Shown: positions 16,485 through 26,192, counted from the stretch's first letter. The stretch: DNA of 64,000 nt from Minisyncoccota bacterium (GCA_028714635.1 JAQTLZ010000002.1:9362-73361), one strand, 5' to 3'. Numbers and translations: made by a program. The notes: generated by a model not told the origin, from the letters alone.

Positions 16485-18011
16485 ATGAAACTCCTTCACA
16501 ACCAACATTTTGAGATCCCAAAAGAGATCATGAATGTACTAGAGACGCTCGAAAAGAGCGGTTTTGAGGCATATATCGTTGGTGGATGTGTACGTGGGCT
16601 TCTTACTGGCTTTAAACCTCGCGATTGGGACGTCACCACAAACGCTACTCCGGAAGAAATCATAAAGCTATTTCCAAAAACATTTTACGAAAATACGTAC
16701 GGCACCGTCGGCGTAGTGAATGAAGATGTCTCTACTCGAACAGAAGAGGGGATTCCTGATGAGACGTTGCGTGTGGTAGAAGTCACACCGTACCGCCTCG
16801 AGTCAACTTATTCTGACAACAGACGACCTGATGCTGTTACGTTCAGCAAAAATATTGAAGATGATTTAAAGCGAAGAGATTTCACCATAAACGCGATCGC
16901 GCTTTCTGTAAAAAAAGTTGGAACGAAACTTGAAGAAAAAATTATTGACCCGCACGGAGGAATTGCGGATATCGAAAAGAAAATATTGCGAACGGTAGGG
17001 AAGAGCGAAGATAGATTTGGAGAAGATGCGCTCCGCATTCTTCGGGCTATTCGCATTTCCACAGAGACAGATTTTGCGATCGAAAAAGAAACTGAAATGG
17101 GAATTCGAAAATACGCTCCGCTTCTCGCGAAAATTTCTAAAGAAAGGATCCGTGATGAGTTCGTAAAAATACTGATGTCCAAAGAGCCGATGAAGGGCAT
17201 AATTATGGCTCAAAATATGGGTATTTTGAAATATATCGTTCCAGAGCTTGAGGTGGGAATCGGAGTTGCACAAAACCAAGCCCACGCATTTGATGTCTGG
17301 ACGCATCTTCTCAAATCACTCCAACACGCAGCAGATAAAAATTGGTCTCTTGAAATTCGTCTTTCTGCACTCCTTCATGACATTGGAAAACCGGAAAGCA
17401 AACGCCAGCCGGCAGATAAAAAAGATCCGACATTCTACGGCCACGAAGTGATCGGTGCTCGCATGACAAAAAAGATCCTTGAAAATCTTAAGTTCTCAAA
17501 TAAAATAATTGAGAAGGTGACACTTCTTGTACGATGGCATATGTTTTTCTCCGACACGGAACAGATAACACTTTCTGCTGTGCGAAGAATGGTTGCCAAT
17601 GTTGGCAAAGAAAATATTTGGGATCTTATGAATGTTCGCGCTTGCGACAGGATTGGAACAGGAAGACCGAAAGAAAGTCCATACCGGCTTCGAAAATATA
17701 AATCAATGATCGAGGAAGCGATGCGAGATCCGATCTCTGTCACGATGCTCAAGATTGATGGAAATAAAATTATTGAAGTGACGAAAACACCTGCAGGGCC
17801 AAAAGTAGGCTTTATTCTCCATGCTTTGCTTGAAGAAGTACTTGATGATCCTAAGCTCAATACAGAGGAATATCTGGAGGAAAAGGCTCAAAAACTCATT
17901 ACTTTGTCAGAGGAGGAATTGAAAAAACTCGGGAAACTCGGCGTTGCAAAAAAAGAAGCTCTCGAAGAGAAGGAGAAGGAAGAAATACGCAAAAAGCATT
18001 GGGTGAAATAG
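16485..18011 (+). CDS. cca: CCA tRNA nucleotidyltransferase with HD domain
   Basis: YIVGGCVR...DWDVTT, DLKRRDFTINAIA, EDALRILRA, LLHDIGK; start set after the tRNA. Confidence 0.93.
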   Translation: MKLLHNQHFEIPKEIMNVLETLEKSGFEAYIVGGCVRGLLTGFKPRDWDVTTNATPEEIIKLFPKTFYENTYGTVGVVNEDVSTRTEEGIPDETLRVVEVTPYRLESTYSDNRRPDAVTFSKNIEDDLKRRDFTINAIALSVKKVGTKLEEKIIDPHGGIADIEKKILRTVGKSEDRFGEDALRILRAIRISTETDFAIEKETEMGIRKYAPLLAKISKERIRDEFVKILMSKEPMKGIIMAQNMGILKYIVPELEVGIGVAQNQAHAFDVWTHLLKSLQHAADKNWSLEIRLSALLHDIGKPESKRQPADKKDPTFYGHEVIGARMTKKILENLKFSNKIIEKVTLLVRWHMFFSDTEQITLSAVRRMVANVGKENIWDLMNVRACDRIGTGRPKESPYRLRKYKSMIEEAMRDPISVTMLKIDGNKIIEVTKTPAGPKVGFILHALLEEVLDDPKLNTEEYLEEKAQKLITLSEEELKKLGKLGVAKKEALEEKEKEEIRKKHWVK

Positions 18012-18300
18012 GGAAAAGGAAGAAAAATTGGCAATCGAAAACCGCCTTCACGATAATAAATGTTGTAAAGACGGTTTCGTGAAAAGTGTATTTCTATTCG
18101 TTAAATGAGAATACCCGCATTGAAGTTAAGCCAAAATATATTGGCTAATTTGGGGTCTTTCTTTGATTTTGAATTTGAAAACGCTTTTCAAAAGGCATTA
18201 GAGAGAGTAAATGCCTGTTTCAAGGAACTGGATCAAAATGTAAGGCCTCGGCAATACAAACTGATTCCGTGTAGAATTATAGCCAATCCTAAAAGACACG

Positions 18301-18370
18301 TAAAGGACATTTTAGAGATAAGTGTGGATAAGTGTCCTTTACCCAGGCACCTAAATTTAGGTGCCTGGGT
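18301..18370. repeat. Hairpin containing a DnaA box, plus a 30-bp perfect palindrome (REP-like)
   Basis: TAAAGGACA..TGTGGATAA..TGTCCTTTA then ACCCAGGCACCTAAA/TTTAGGTGCCTGGGT (18341-18370). Confidence 0.65.
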
Positions 18371-18398
18371 TTATAGAAAGACATAGCGATTTATAGCC

Positions 18399-19193
18399 CT
18401 ATTTCAATGTTATAGAGACTGGGCAATGATCTGAACCCATGACTTCCGGGTGAATTTCAGCCTTTGTAACTTTATCTTTCAATCCCGAAGACACAAGTAC
18501 ATAGTCTATTCTCCAGCCCACATTTCGAGCTCGAGCGTTGGCGAAGTGCGACCACCAAGTATAGAAACCATTTCCTTTGTGAGACATTCTGAATGTGTCG
18601 ACAAATCCAGCATCAATGAAAGCTTGGAATCCCGCTCGTTCTTCTTTGGTGAAACCTTTGAGCCCATCATTTTCTTTCGGCCGGGCCAAATCATCGGGAG
18701 TATGGGCAACATTCAGATCTCCGCAAAAGATGACAGGTTTTTTCTTTTCTAAACTTTTACAATACGCAAGAAATGCCGGATCCCATTGCTTATGTCGAAG
18801 GGGAATTCGACTCAAATCATCTTTCGCGTTGGGAGTATAGACCGTGACGATATAAAAATCCTTATATTCAGCCATAATGACGCGCCCTTCGGTCCGAGGA
18901 TCTCCATAGGTATCTGCACAAAGCCCAAATTTCTCACTTATTGCCTCCGGAAGGCCATTTACTATAGAAAGAGGTTTTGTTTTGGTAAAGATGGCAGTAC
19001 CGGAATATCCCTTCTTTACAGCAGAATTCCAATATTCTTCGTATTGGGGCAGATCTACGGGAGATTCGTGCTCTTGCGCCTTTGTCTCTTGCAAACACAA
19101 GATATCCGGATCATATTTTTCGATAAACGGAAGAAAAAGCCCTTTTTTGACGACAGCTCGTATACCATTCACATTCCAAGAAATGATTTTCAT
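18399..19193 (-). CDS. xth: Exodeoxyribonuclease III / AP endonuclease
   Basis: ISWNVNGIRA, LCLQETK, GDLNVAH, GWRIDY, GSDHCP. Confidence 0.96.
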   Translation of the reverse strand: MKIISWNVNGIRAVVKKGLFLPFIEKYDPDILCLQETKAQEHESPVDLPQYEEYWNSAVKKGYSGTAIFTKTKPLSIVNGLPEAISEKFGLCADTYGDPRTEGRVIMAEYKDFYIVTVYTPNAKDDLSRIPLRHKQWDPAFLAYCKSLEKKKPVIFCGDLNVAHTPDDLARPKENDGLKGFTKEERAGFQAFIDAGFVDTFRMSHKGNGFYTWWSHFANARARNVGWRIDYVLVSSGLKDKVTKAEIHPEVMGSDHCPVSITLK

Positions 19194-19231
19194 GGAACTA
19201 CTATAGCATTTTTAAAAAGTTTTTCAGTTTC

Positions 19232-20167
19232 CTAGTTTCGTTTCTTATCATGAAACTGCTTGTGAATGTCGTGGAGATGTTTGTCTGTCATATGCGTATA
19301 GATCTGTGTCGTACTTATGTTTGAATGCCCAAGAAGCATCTGCACAGAGCGCAGATCAGCCCCATTTTGCAATAAGTCAGTGGCGAAGCTGTGGCGCAAG
19401 CTGTGCGGGGTGACTTTTTTCGAGACTCCGGCCTTGATCGCATAGTGTTTCACCAAACGCTCTACTGAACGCGAAGAAAGCTGCATTCCTTTATTTTTTC
19501 TATCGATTTTCCCGAATCCTCGCTCTTCTATTTGGGTGAAAAGGGAATCGTCCATATCTTTTCGCTTTTTCAAATACTTTTGAAGCATTTCTTTTGCAGT
19601 TTTTGAGAGAAATACTACTCGAACCTTCTCACCTTTCCCCCGGACAGAGAATTCGTCTCGGCTAATGTCCAAATCCCGAGGAAGTTTACAAAGTTCTGAT
19701 ACTCGAAGGCCGGTGGAGAAAAGCATCTCAAGAATGGCTCGGTCACGGAGCTGTTTGAGACTATCGCCCTCTGCCGCTTTAAGGACGCGAGAGAGTTCTT
19801 CAGAAGAAATGGTATCGATCGAGCGCTCTGGCACCTTTGCAAGCTCAATCCTGTCCGGCGAGAGGGAAGGAATGCCTCGGTAGACTAAATATTTGAGAAA
19901 TGAGCGAAGAGCGATGAGATAATAATTCTGGGTTTTCTTTTTGAGCGTATCGGAATCACCGCGAGTCGGTTTTGCACTCTGGCGATTGAGCCAAAGCCGG
20001 AATTCCCGGACAGCGGAATCCGTGATATCGGTTGGTTTTTTGAGTTTCGAATACTGAAGAAAGCGAGTTAAGTAGCGCTCATAGTTTTCAACGGTTTTTT
20101 TGCTTCGTCCCTTGTCAATTTCAACGTATTGGAGAAATTCCTTTTTGAGTTCATCTAAATTCGCCAT
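19232..20167 (-). CDS. xerC: XerC/D-family tyrosine recombinase
   Basis: SAM-like N-terminal domain, LFSTGLRVSEL, GKGEKVR, TPHSLRHSFAT, LLGHSNISTTQIY. Confidence 0.85.
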   Translation of the reverse strand: MANLDELKKEFLQYVEIDKGRSKKTVENYERYLTRFLQYSKLKKPTDITDSAVREFRLWLNRQSAKPTRGDSDTLKKKTQNYYLIALRSFLKYLVYRGIPSLSPDRIELAKVPERSIDTISSEELSRVLKAAEGDSLKQLRDRAILEMLFSTGLRVSELCKLPRDLDISRDEFSVRGKGEKVRVVFLSKTAKEMLQKYLKKRKDMDDSLFTQIEERGFGKIDRKNKGMQLSSRSVERLVKHYAIKAGVSKKVTPHSLRHSFATDLLQNGADLRSVQMLLGHSNISTTQIYTHMTDKHLHDIHKQFHDKKRN

Positions 20168-20245
20168 TATTTTATTATACACCACTGTCGCACAATATTC
20201 TGAGAAATAAAAAACCAGTGCCGCGAAAGCACACTGGTTTCAAAA

Positions 20246-20512
20246 TTAAAGACCTATACTCTTAAAGAAAGAGGTCGACAAAACATCTCCAGACGGGATG
20301 CGAATTTGCATGCTACCGTCAAATCTCTCAAATCCCACAAACAAGACTAGAGAGCATTGTTCACAAGCCACAGTAAGACCAATCGATTTTGCTGAATCAA
20401 TGCCGCGATGCACAGAAAACTGCCTGTGGCCACATTTGCATCTAAGCTGTTGCAATAGGGGTTTATCCCTATCCGCACCTTGTAGAATTGGAACTGTATC
20501 TATCATCTCCAC
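20246..20512 (-). CDS. Small zinc-ribbon-like orphan, divergent from the TrmB gene
   Basis: CKCGH...CEQC; AAGGAG SD before GTG 20512 / ATG 20506; terminator hairpin at 20212-20240. Confidence 0.55.
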   Translation of the reverse strand: MEMIDTVPILQGADRDKPLLQQLRCKCGHRQFSVHRGIDSAKSIGLTVACEQCSLVLFVGFERFDGSMQIRIPSGDVLSTSFFKSIGL

Positions 20513-20723
20513 GACGATCTCCTTAGATTGGGTTCTAAAAGCTGATCGAGACAAGCACGATGCCTGTCAAAGAACTTCGCATAGGCTAGAACAAAAATAT
20601 CTTTTGGTAAATTTAGAATTACTAAACTTTTGATAATTCTACGAACTGTTAATAATATCCATTATTTATTGGCTTTTTTAGAATGATATTTACATATATA
20701 GTTGTAAATGTTAAACTACAACT

Positions 20724-21503
20724 ATGGGCATAAAAACAGAAATAAGTGAGTTTTTAAGAGAGCTCGGTCTGCGAAAGGCTGAAATAGCAGTATATTTGGC
20801 TGCTCTGGAACTTGGTTCGGCTTCGGCAAGTACTATCGCCAAGGAAGCTGACCTCAATAGGATTACTGCCTATGAGGCATTGAAGCGACTTTCTCGCAAG
20901 GGTTTTATAAGAATCAGAGCTAAGAAGAGTGACGCTACAAAATATTTTGTGCCAGTCGAGTATTCAGAGCTCGTGGGCAAGCTTAAACTCAAACATGAAG
21001 AACTAGCCGAAACGATCAAACGAGCAGGACTTTTGAAAAAAGAATTCGAAGCAAACTTCACCAAAGTCGATGAAAAACCAGTCGTTCTCTACTATGAAGG
21101 AGTTGAGGGAGTAAAGGAAGTACTCAATGACACCCTCAAAGACAGGCCGAAGGAAATTATTTCTTTTGCTTCTGCTGAATCTTTAGACGAAAGTCTTGAT
21201 CAGAATTTTTTAGACAGCTACTGGCAAAAAAGAACAACTCTTGGTATTCCCACGCGTGGAATTATGCCAAACACCTCCAAAGCTACCGCTCTCTTCACAA
21301 AAGAGAAAAATCAGAGGGAAATGAGGAGAATAAAATTTATTTCTGACAAATCGTATGATTTCAAAAATGAACTCGATATTTATGGGGACAATATTTCCAT
21401 GATTTCGCTCGAAAAGGGCAAGGAACATGCTGTTATTATACGAAGCAGGAGTATGGCGGAAGGATTAAGAGCCGTATACGAGACCCTCTGGAATCTAACC
21501 TAA
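20724..21503 (+). CDS. TrmB-family transcriptional regulator
   Basis: LGLRKAEIAVYLAALELG...LNRITAYEAL; PVVLYYEGVEG; IYGDNI...VYETLW. Confidence 0.87.
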   Translation: MGIKTEISEFLRELGLRKAEIAVYLAALELGSASASTIAKEADLNRITAYEALKRLSRKGFIRIRAKKSDATKYFVPVEYSELVGKLKLKHEELAETIKRAGLLKKEFEANFTKVDEKPVVLYYEGVEGVKEVLNDTLKDRPKEIISFASAESLDESLDQNFLDSYWQKRTTLGIPTRGIMPNTSKATALFTKEKNQREMRRIKFISDKSYDFKNELDIYGDNISMISLEKGKEHAVIIRSRSMAEGLRAVYETLWNLT

Positions 21504-21556
21504 CTAGAGGAAGGGGGCTTGCATTAAATCAGGTTTCGTGATACCATACTGGGACC

Positions 21557-21829
21557 ATGTTAACAAAGACAAAGAAACAGCGGGTAATGAAAGAAACACG
21601 GATCCACGATAAGGATACCGGTTCTCCTGAAGTACAGATCGCTCTTCTCACGAAGAGAATTGCTGAATTGGCAGGACATTTGAAGAAACACCAAAAGGAC
21701 AACCACTCACGACGAGGACTTCTCCAGATGGTAGCAGACAGACAGACTCACATGGCATATCTTTTGAAGAAAAATCCAAAGAGACACTCTGCAATCCTCA
21801 AACATCTCGATATCAAGAAGGCAAAATAA
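21557..21829 (+). CDS. rpsO: 30S ribosomal protein S15
   Basis: DTGSPEVQIALLT.RI..L..HLKKH.KDNHSRRGLL. Confidence 0.97.
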   Translation: MLTKTKKQRVMKETRIHDKDTGSPEVQIALLTKRIAELAGHLKKHQKDNHSRRGLLQMVADRQTHMAYLLKKNPKRHSAILKHLDIKKAK

Positions 21830-21859
21830 AAAAATGACCCTTCCGAGGGTCATTTTTTT
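21828..21859 (+). terminator. Intrinsic terminator after rpsO
   Basis: ATGACCCT-TCCG-AGGGTCAT-TTTTTT. Confidence 0.85.
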
Positions 21860-21938
21860 CGCAGTTTCATTTTAATCGGTCGATTTCGTCTTTCAGCATG
21901 GAAGCAGTATACTTTTTATACGTAATAATTAATTTTAT

Positions 21939-22466
21939 ATGACAGTAATTAAACACAAAGAACAGAGAGTCGGTATTTTTATAGATACACAGAACCTCTA
22001 CCATAGCGCGAAAAATCTGTATCACGCTCGGGTCAATTTCGGACAGATCATTAAAGACGGACTTGCGGGCCGAGCGCTCATCAGAGCGGTCGCCTACGTC
22101 ATCACCACGGAAAGCGGTGAGGAAAAGCCCTTTTTCGAAGCGCTTGAAAAAGTCGGCATCGAAACAAAGACAAAAAATCTCCAGATTTTCGCTGGAGGAA
22201 GCAAGAAAGCAGACTGGGACGTCGGACTTGCGGTGGATGCTATCAAGGCGGCGCCGAAGCTCGACACAGTTATCATCGTTTCCGGAGACGGGGACTTTGT
22301 TCCGCTCATCGAATACTTAAAAGTAAACGAGGGATGCCAAGTGGAAGTGATGGCCTTCGGGAAATCTACTTCACAGAAGCTTGTCGAAGCGTCGGATGAC
22401 TTTATCGACCTTTGCGAAAATCCTAAGAAATATCTCTTGAGCCAAGGTGGCCCACGCCGGGGATAA
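21939..22466 (+). CDS. NYN/LabA (DUF88) PIN-like ribonuclease
   Basis: IFIDTQNL, KADWDVGLAVD, VSGDGDFVPL, ASDDFIDL. Confidence 0.9.
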   Translation: MTVIKHKEQRVGIFIDTQNLYHSAKNLYHARVNFGQIIKDGLAGRALIRAVAYVITTESGEEKPFFEALEKVGIETKTKNLQIFAGGSKKADWDVGLAVDAIKAAPKLDTVIIVSGDGDFVPLIEYLKVNEGCQVEVMAFGKSTSQKLVEASDDFIDLCENPKKYLLSQGGPRRG

Positions 22467-22475
22467 AATTCTCAA

Positions 22476-22516
22476 TGCAACAAAAATCCGCACCACTAGG
22501 TGCGGATTTTTGTTGC
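22476..22516 (+). terminator. Intrinsic terminator
   Basis: TGCAACAAAAATCCGCACC..GGTGCGGATTTTTGTTGCA. Confidence 0.8.
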
Positions 22517-22566
22517 ACGTGCATTTTATAAGCATTTTGCTACACTAACTCTATTATTCAATAAGT

Positions 22567-22628
22567 ATGGTCTTCAGACAGGTAGATTTCAGGGCCGAGC
22601 CCATGGAAATCTAAAATCTGGGGATCAT
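22567..22628 (+). promoter_or_regulatory. Long hairpin in the pnp 5' leader
   Basis: ATGGTCTTCAGA..TAGATTTC..GGGC-CGA-GCCC..GAAATCTA..TCTGGGGATCAT. Confidence 0.6.
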
Positions 22629-22643
22629 CTACACGTTTTCTAT

Positions 22644-24776
22644 ATGAAGAAAAAAGAATACTCGATTGAGATTGGAGGCAAGGTAATTTCTGCCCAATTT
22701 ACCGACCTCGCCGACCAGACAAACGGCTCGGCCATCGTGCGATGTGGGAATACTGTCGTCCTCGCGACAGCAGTTATGTCGGAACACGAGAAAGACGGCG
22801 ATTGGTTTCCACTGACAGTGGATTACGAAGAGCGATTTTATGCTTCGGGAAAAATTCTCGGAAGTCGATTTATGCGCCGAGAAGGGAGGCCGACTGATGA
22901 AGCAATCCTTTCGGGAAGAATTGTCGACCGAACCATCCGACCGCTTTTCAACCAGGCAATACGAAATGAAGTGCAGGTGGTGATTACCATTCTTTCTATT
23001 GATACTGAAGACCCAGATGTGCTCGCCGTTCTCGCATCTTCCCTCGCGCTCGGCACTTCAAATATTCCTTGGGCAGGACCGGTGAGTGCGATTCGAGTTG
23101 GAAAAAAGCTCGGGGCGAATGAATTTTTGATAAACCCAAATTACGAAAATCGAAACGCAACGGACTTCGAGCTCGATCTTCTTGCCTGCGGAAAAGACAG
23201 CAACATCAACATGATCGAAGTGGGAGGAAAAGAAATCGAAAACGAAGTGATCGCTTCCGGACTTGAAAAGTGTTCTGAAGAAATCGAGAAACTCCAAGCA
23301 TTCCAAGCAAAAATCATAACGGAAATCGGTAAACCGAAAAAAGAAATTGCGCTTCCAATTCTTTCAGAAGCGATGAAAGCATTGTACGAAGAAACTGTTT
23401 CAAGCAAACTCGAGAAAGCAGTCTTCAGTGGAGCAGGACACGAACATATTCATGCTCTCAAAAAGGAATGGAAGAATAATCTCGAAGCAAAATTTGGAAA
23501 AGACGAAAAATTCGGTCTTGCATTCGAACATTTTGAAAACAAGATCAACGACCTCCTTCACAAAGAAGCGATCGAAAAAGAACGACGGCCTGATGGACGA
23601 AAGATGGATGAGGTTCGACCGCTGTATGTGCAAGCTGGAGGAATTTCTCCGATCATTCACGGAACTGGAATCTTTTACCGAGGAGGAACGCACGTCCTTT
23701 CTGCGCTCACTCTCGGAGGCCCAGGAGACTCACAAATTCTCGATGGGATGGAAATAGAGGGGCAGAAACGATTTATGCATCACTACAATTTCCCTCCCTT
23801 TTCTTCAGGAGAAACAGGAAGAATGGGCGGGACAAATCGACGAATGATCGGCCACGGAGCACTTGCAGAAAAAGCGCTTCTTGCAGTCATCCCTGCAAAA
23901 GAAGTTTTTCCTTATACAATCCGCATCGTATCAGAATCCCTCGCATCAAATGGCTCAACATCAATGGCATCGACATGCGCTTCTACTATCGCTCTTATGG
24001 ATGCGGGAGTGCCGATTAGCGCACCGGTTGCCGGCATCGCATCAGGACTTATGCTCTCTGCTGTAAAGAGTGGCGGGAAAACAGAATACAAATACAAAGT
24101 ACTCACTGATATTCAAGGACCGGAAGACCACCACGGAGATATGGATTTTAAAGTGGCGGGAACAAAAAAGGGAATTACCGCGATTCAAATGGATGTGAAA
24201 GTTGATGGCGTGCCGATCTTTATTTTGAAAGAAGCACTTGAGAAAGCGAAAAATGCTCGGCACTTTATTCTCGATGCAATGACAAAAGAAATCGCTGCTC
24301 CGCGAACAGAAATTTCTTCAAACGCTCCGAAAATTATCATCATCAAGATCAAACAAGACCAGATCGGAAGTGTCATCGGTCCTGGAGGAAAGATGATAAA
24401 AGAGATCAAAGAGAAAACAGGAGTAGAAATTGATATTGAAGATGATGGCTCGGTGTTTATCACGGGTTCATCAGATGGAGCAAAGATGGCAGCCCAGATT
24501 ATTTCTGATATGACTCGGGAATTTAAGAGGGGAGAAAGATTCGAAGGAGTTGTCACGAAGGTGGTGGAATTCGGAGCGTTCGTCCGATTTGCAGGACAAA
24601 CAGAAGGGCTCGTGCACGTTTCTGAAATTGCTCCATTCAGAATCGATATCGTTGGAAACTATCTGAAAGAGGGAGACAAAATTCCCGTTATTTTGAAAGA
24701 CATTGATGAGAAGGGAAGAATTAAGCTTTCGCTCAAAGATGCTGATCCGAGTTTCATAAAGCCGAAGATAAAATAA
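22644..24776 (+). CDS. pnp: Polyribonucleotide nucleotidyltransferase
   Basis: FPLTVDYEER, RPDGRK, HYNFPPFS, SNGSTSMAS, GDMDFKVAG, KH and S1 domains. Confidence 0.97.
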   Translation: MKKKEYSIEIGGKVISAQFTDLADQTNGSAIVRCGNTVVLATAVMSEHEKDGDWFPLTVDYEERFYASGKILGSRFMRREGRPTDEAILSGRIVDRTIRPLFNQAIRNEVQVVITILSIDTEDPDVLAVLASSLALGTSNIPWAGPVSAIRVGKKLGANEFLINPNYENRNATDFELDLLACGKDSNINMIEVGGKEIENEVIASGLEKCSEEIEKLQAFQAKIITEIGKPKKEIALPILSEAMKALYEETVSSKLEKAVFSGAGHEHIHALKKEWKNNLEAKFGKDEKFGLAFEHFENKINDLLHKEAIEKERRPDGRKMDEVRPLYVQAGGISPIIHGTGIFYRGGTHVLSALTLGGPGDSQILDGMEIEGQKRFMHHYNFPPFSSGETGRMGGTNRRMIGHGALAEKALLAVIPAKEVFPYTIRIVSESLASNGSTSMASTCASTIALMDAGVPISAPVAGIASGLMLSAVKSGGKTEYKYKVLTDIQGPEDHHGDMDFKVAGTKKGITAIQMDVKVDGVPIFILKEALEKAKNARHFILDAMTKEIAAPRTEISSNAPKIIIIKIKQDQIGSVIGPGGKMIKEIKEKTGVEIDIEDDGSVFITGSSDGAKMAAQIISDMTREFKRGERFEGVVTKVVEFGAFVRFAGQTEGLVHVSEIAPFRIDIVGNYLKEGDKIPVILKDIDEKGRIKLSLKDADPSFIKPKIK

Positions 24777-24783
24777 AGAGGGG

Positions 24784-24822
24784 AAAAAGGGCGCGCGGCC
24801 AGTAGGCCGCGCGCCCTTTTTT
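24784..24822 (+). terminator. Intrinsic terminator after pnp
   Basis: AAAAAGGGCGCGCGGCC-AGTA-GGCCGCGCGCCCTTTTT. Confidence 0.88.
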
Positions 24823-24852
24823 GGTTTTCATTCTCCTTGTATACTATAATCC

Positions 24853-25791
24853 ATGGAAAATCCTGTTCCTCCAATCACACCTGCACAACCAACACCGATA
24901 AATCCTCCGGTGAAAACGGGAGTATCCTCGCTACGCACTTACCAAGATGATATCGCAGGCGCGGTGAATAAAGAAAAAGCTTCAATGATCACGATCGCTC
25001 TCGCCGAAGCAAAAAAACGCGAACAGAATGTCGAGATCGCCAAAGAATCCTCTTTTTCCGGAAGAAATGTTTGGATCACTGTTATAAGCGTCGTCCTTGT
25101 TTTGCTGGCCGTAGGCATCGTCCTTTTCTTTCATTTTGAACAAAAACCAGTTCCGATCGCAGAAACTCGCATTGCTGAAAATCCGATTCTCATTGCGGAC
25201 GCGGAAAAAATTATTCCGATTCCAAATCTACGGCGGCAAAATATTATTTCCGCACTCCAGTCAGAAAAACAAACAGGTACAGGAGAAATAGGCGCCGTAG
25301 AAAATATCCGATTCCAAACCGGAGACCCTCTGACAAAAAGAGATATCCCTGCGGGAGAATTCCTAGGAGCTCTCTCCTCTACAATTCCGGGGAATCTTTC
25401 GCGCTCAATAAGTCCTACATATGTCCTCGGAATGCACTCATTCAAAAAGAATGAACTTTTCATAATTCTCAAAGTTGACTCGTATCAAAATGCATTTGCG
25501 GGAATGCTCACTTGGGAAAAAACGATGTTTACCGAGCTTGGGCCTCTCTTTCTCGATGAAGCGCCAAAGGCAAGCGACTTTGCTCCAGGAGCAAAATACG
25601 GCAACGGCACATGGAGCGATGCCATCATAGGGAATAGCGACTCACGAGCAGTAGAGGATAAGGAAACGGGTGAATTTGTATTTCTTTATTCTTTCCTCGA
25701 TAAAAACACTATCCTTATCACGTCCAACGAAGATACTGTGAAAGAAGTTTCGAATCGCATCCGAGCACGAGAACTTATAAAAAATAATTAA
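24853..25791 (+). CDS. Single-pass membrane protein, unknown function
   Basis: LRTYQDDIA motif, one TM segment, extracytoplasmic domain. Confidence 0.75.
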   Translation: MENPVPPITPAQPTPINPPVKTGVSSLRTYQDDIAGAVNKEKASMITIALAEAKKREQNVEIAKESSFSGRNVWITVISVVLVLLAVGIVLFFHFEQKPVPIAETRIAENPILIADAEKIIPIPNLRRQNIISALQSEKQTGTGEIGAVENIRFQTGDPLTKRDIPAGEFLGALSSTIPGNLSRSISPTYVLGMHSFKKNELFIILKVDSYQNAFAGMLTWEKTMFTELGPLFLDEAPKASDFAPGAKYGNGTWSDAIIGNSDSRAVEDKETGEFVFLYSFLDKNTILITSNEDTVKEVSNRIRARELIKNN

Positions 25792-25828
25792 TTGTCTTTC
25801 TCAAAAGTAATTTGCTATCATTTTATCT

Positions 25829-26188
25829 ATGACAGACACAACAGAGTACAAAAAAGCCCTCGAAAAAGAACTCTCGCTCCTTGAATCGGAGCTGAAAACT
25901 GTCGGGCGAAAAAATCCGGACAATCCCAAAGATTGGCAACCTACTCCTACTGACCTCAACACTCTCCAATCAGATGAGAACGAAGTCGCAGACAGTATTG
26001 AAACATTCGAAGAAAATACGGCGATCTTGAAAGATCTTGAGATCAGATATAACGAAGTGAAATCGGCTCTCCAAAGAATTGCTGACGGCACTTTCGGCAA
26101 ATGCAGTGTTTGTAATCTGCCAATAGAAGCAAAAAAACTTGAAGCAAATCCGGCTGCGACAACCTGTATGAAGCACGTAAACTCATAA
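25829..26188 (+). CDS. TraR/DksA C4-type zinc-finger protein
   Basis: Coiled coil followed by ALQRIADGTFGKCSVC..I...LEANPAATTCMKH. Confidence 0.88.
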   Translation: MTDTTEYKKALEKELSLLESELKTVGRKNPDNPKDWQPTPTDLNTLQSDENEVADSIETFEENTAILKDLEIRYNEVKSALQRIADGTFGKCSVCNLPIEAKKLEANPAATTCMKHVNS

Positions 26189-26192
26189 CTCT

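Noticed and set aside
18105-18386. 93-aa ORF between cca and xth
   Set aside because: No recognisable motif, and it runs through palindromic repeats; cannot be supported.
19232-20167. Prophage or ICE integrase
   Set aside because: XerC/D-like size and motifs, housekeeping neighbours, no phage genes or att repeats; no dif site recognised.
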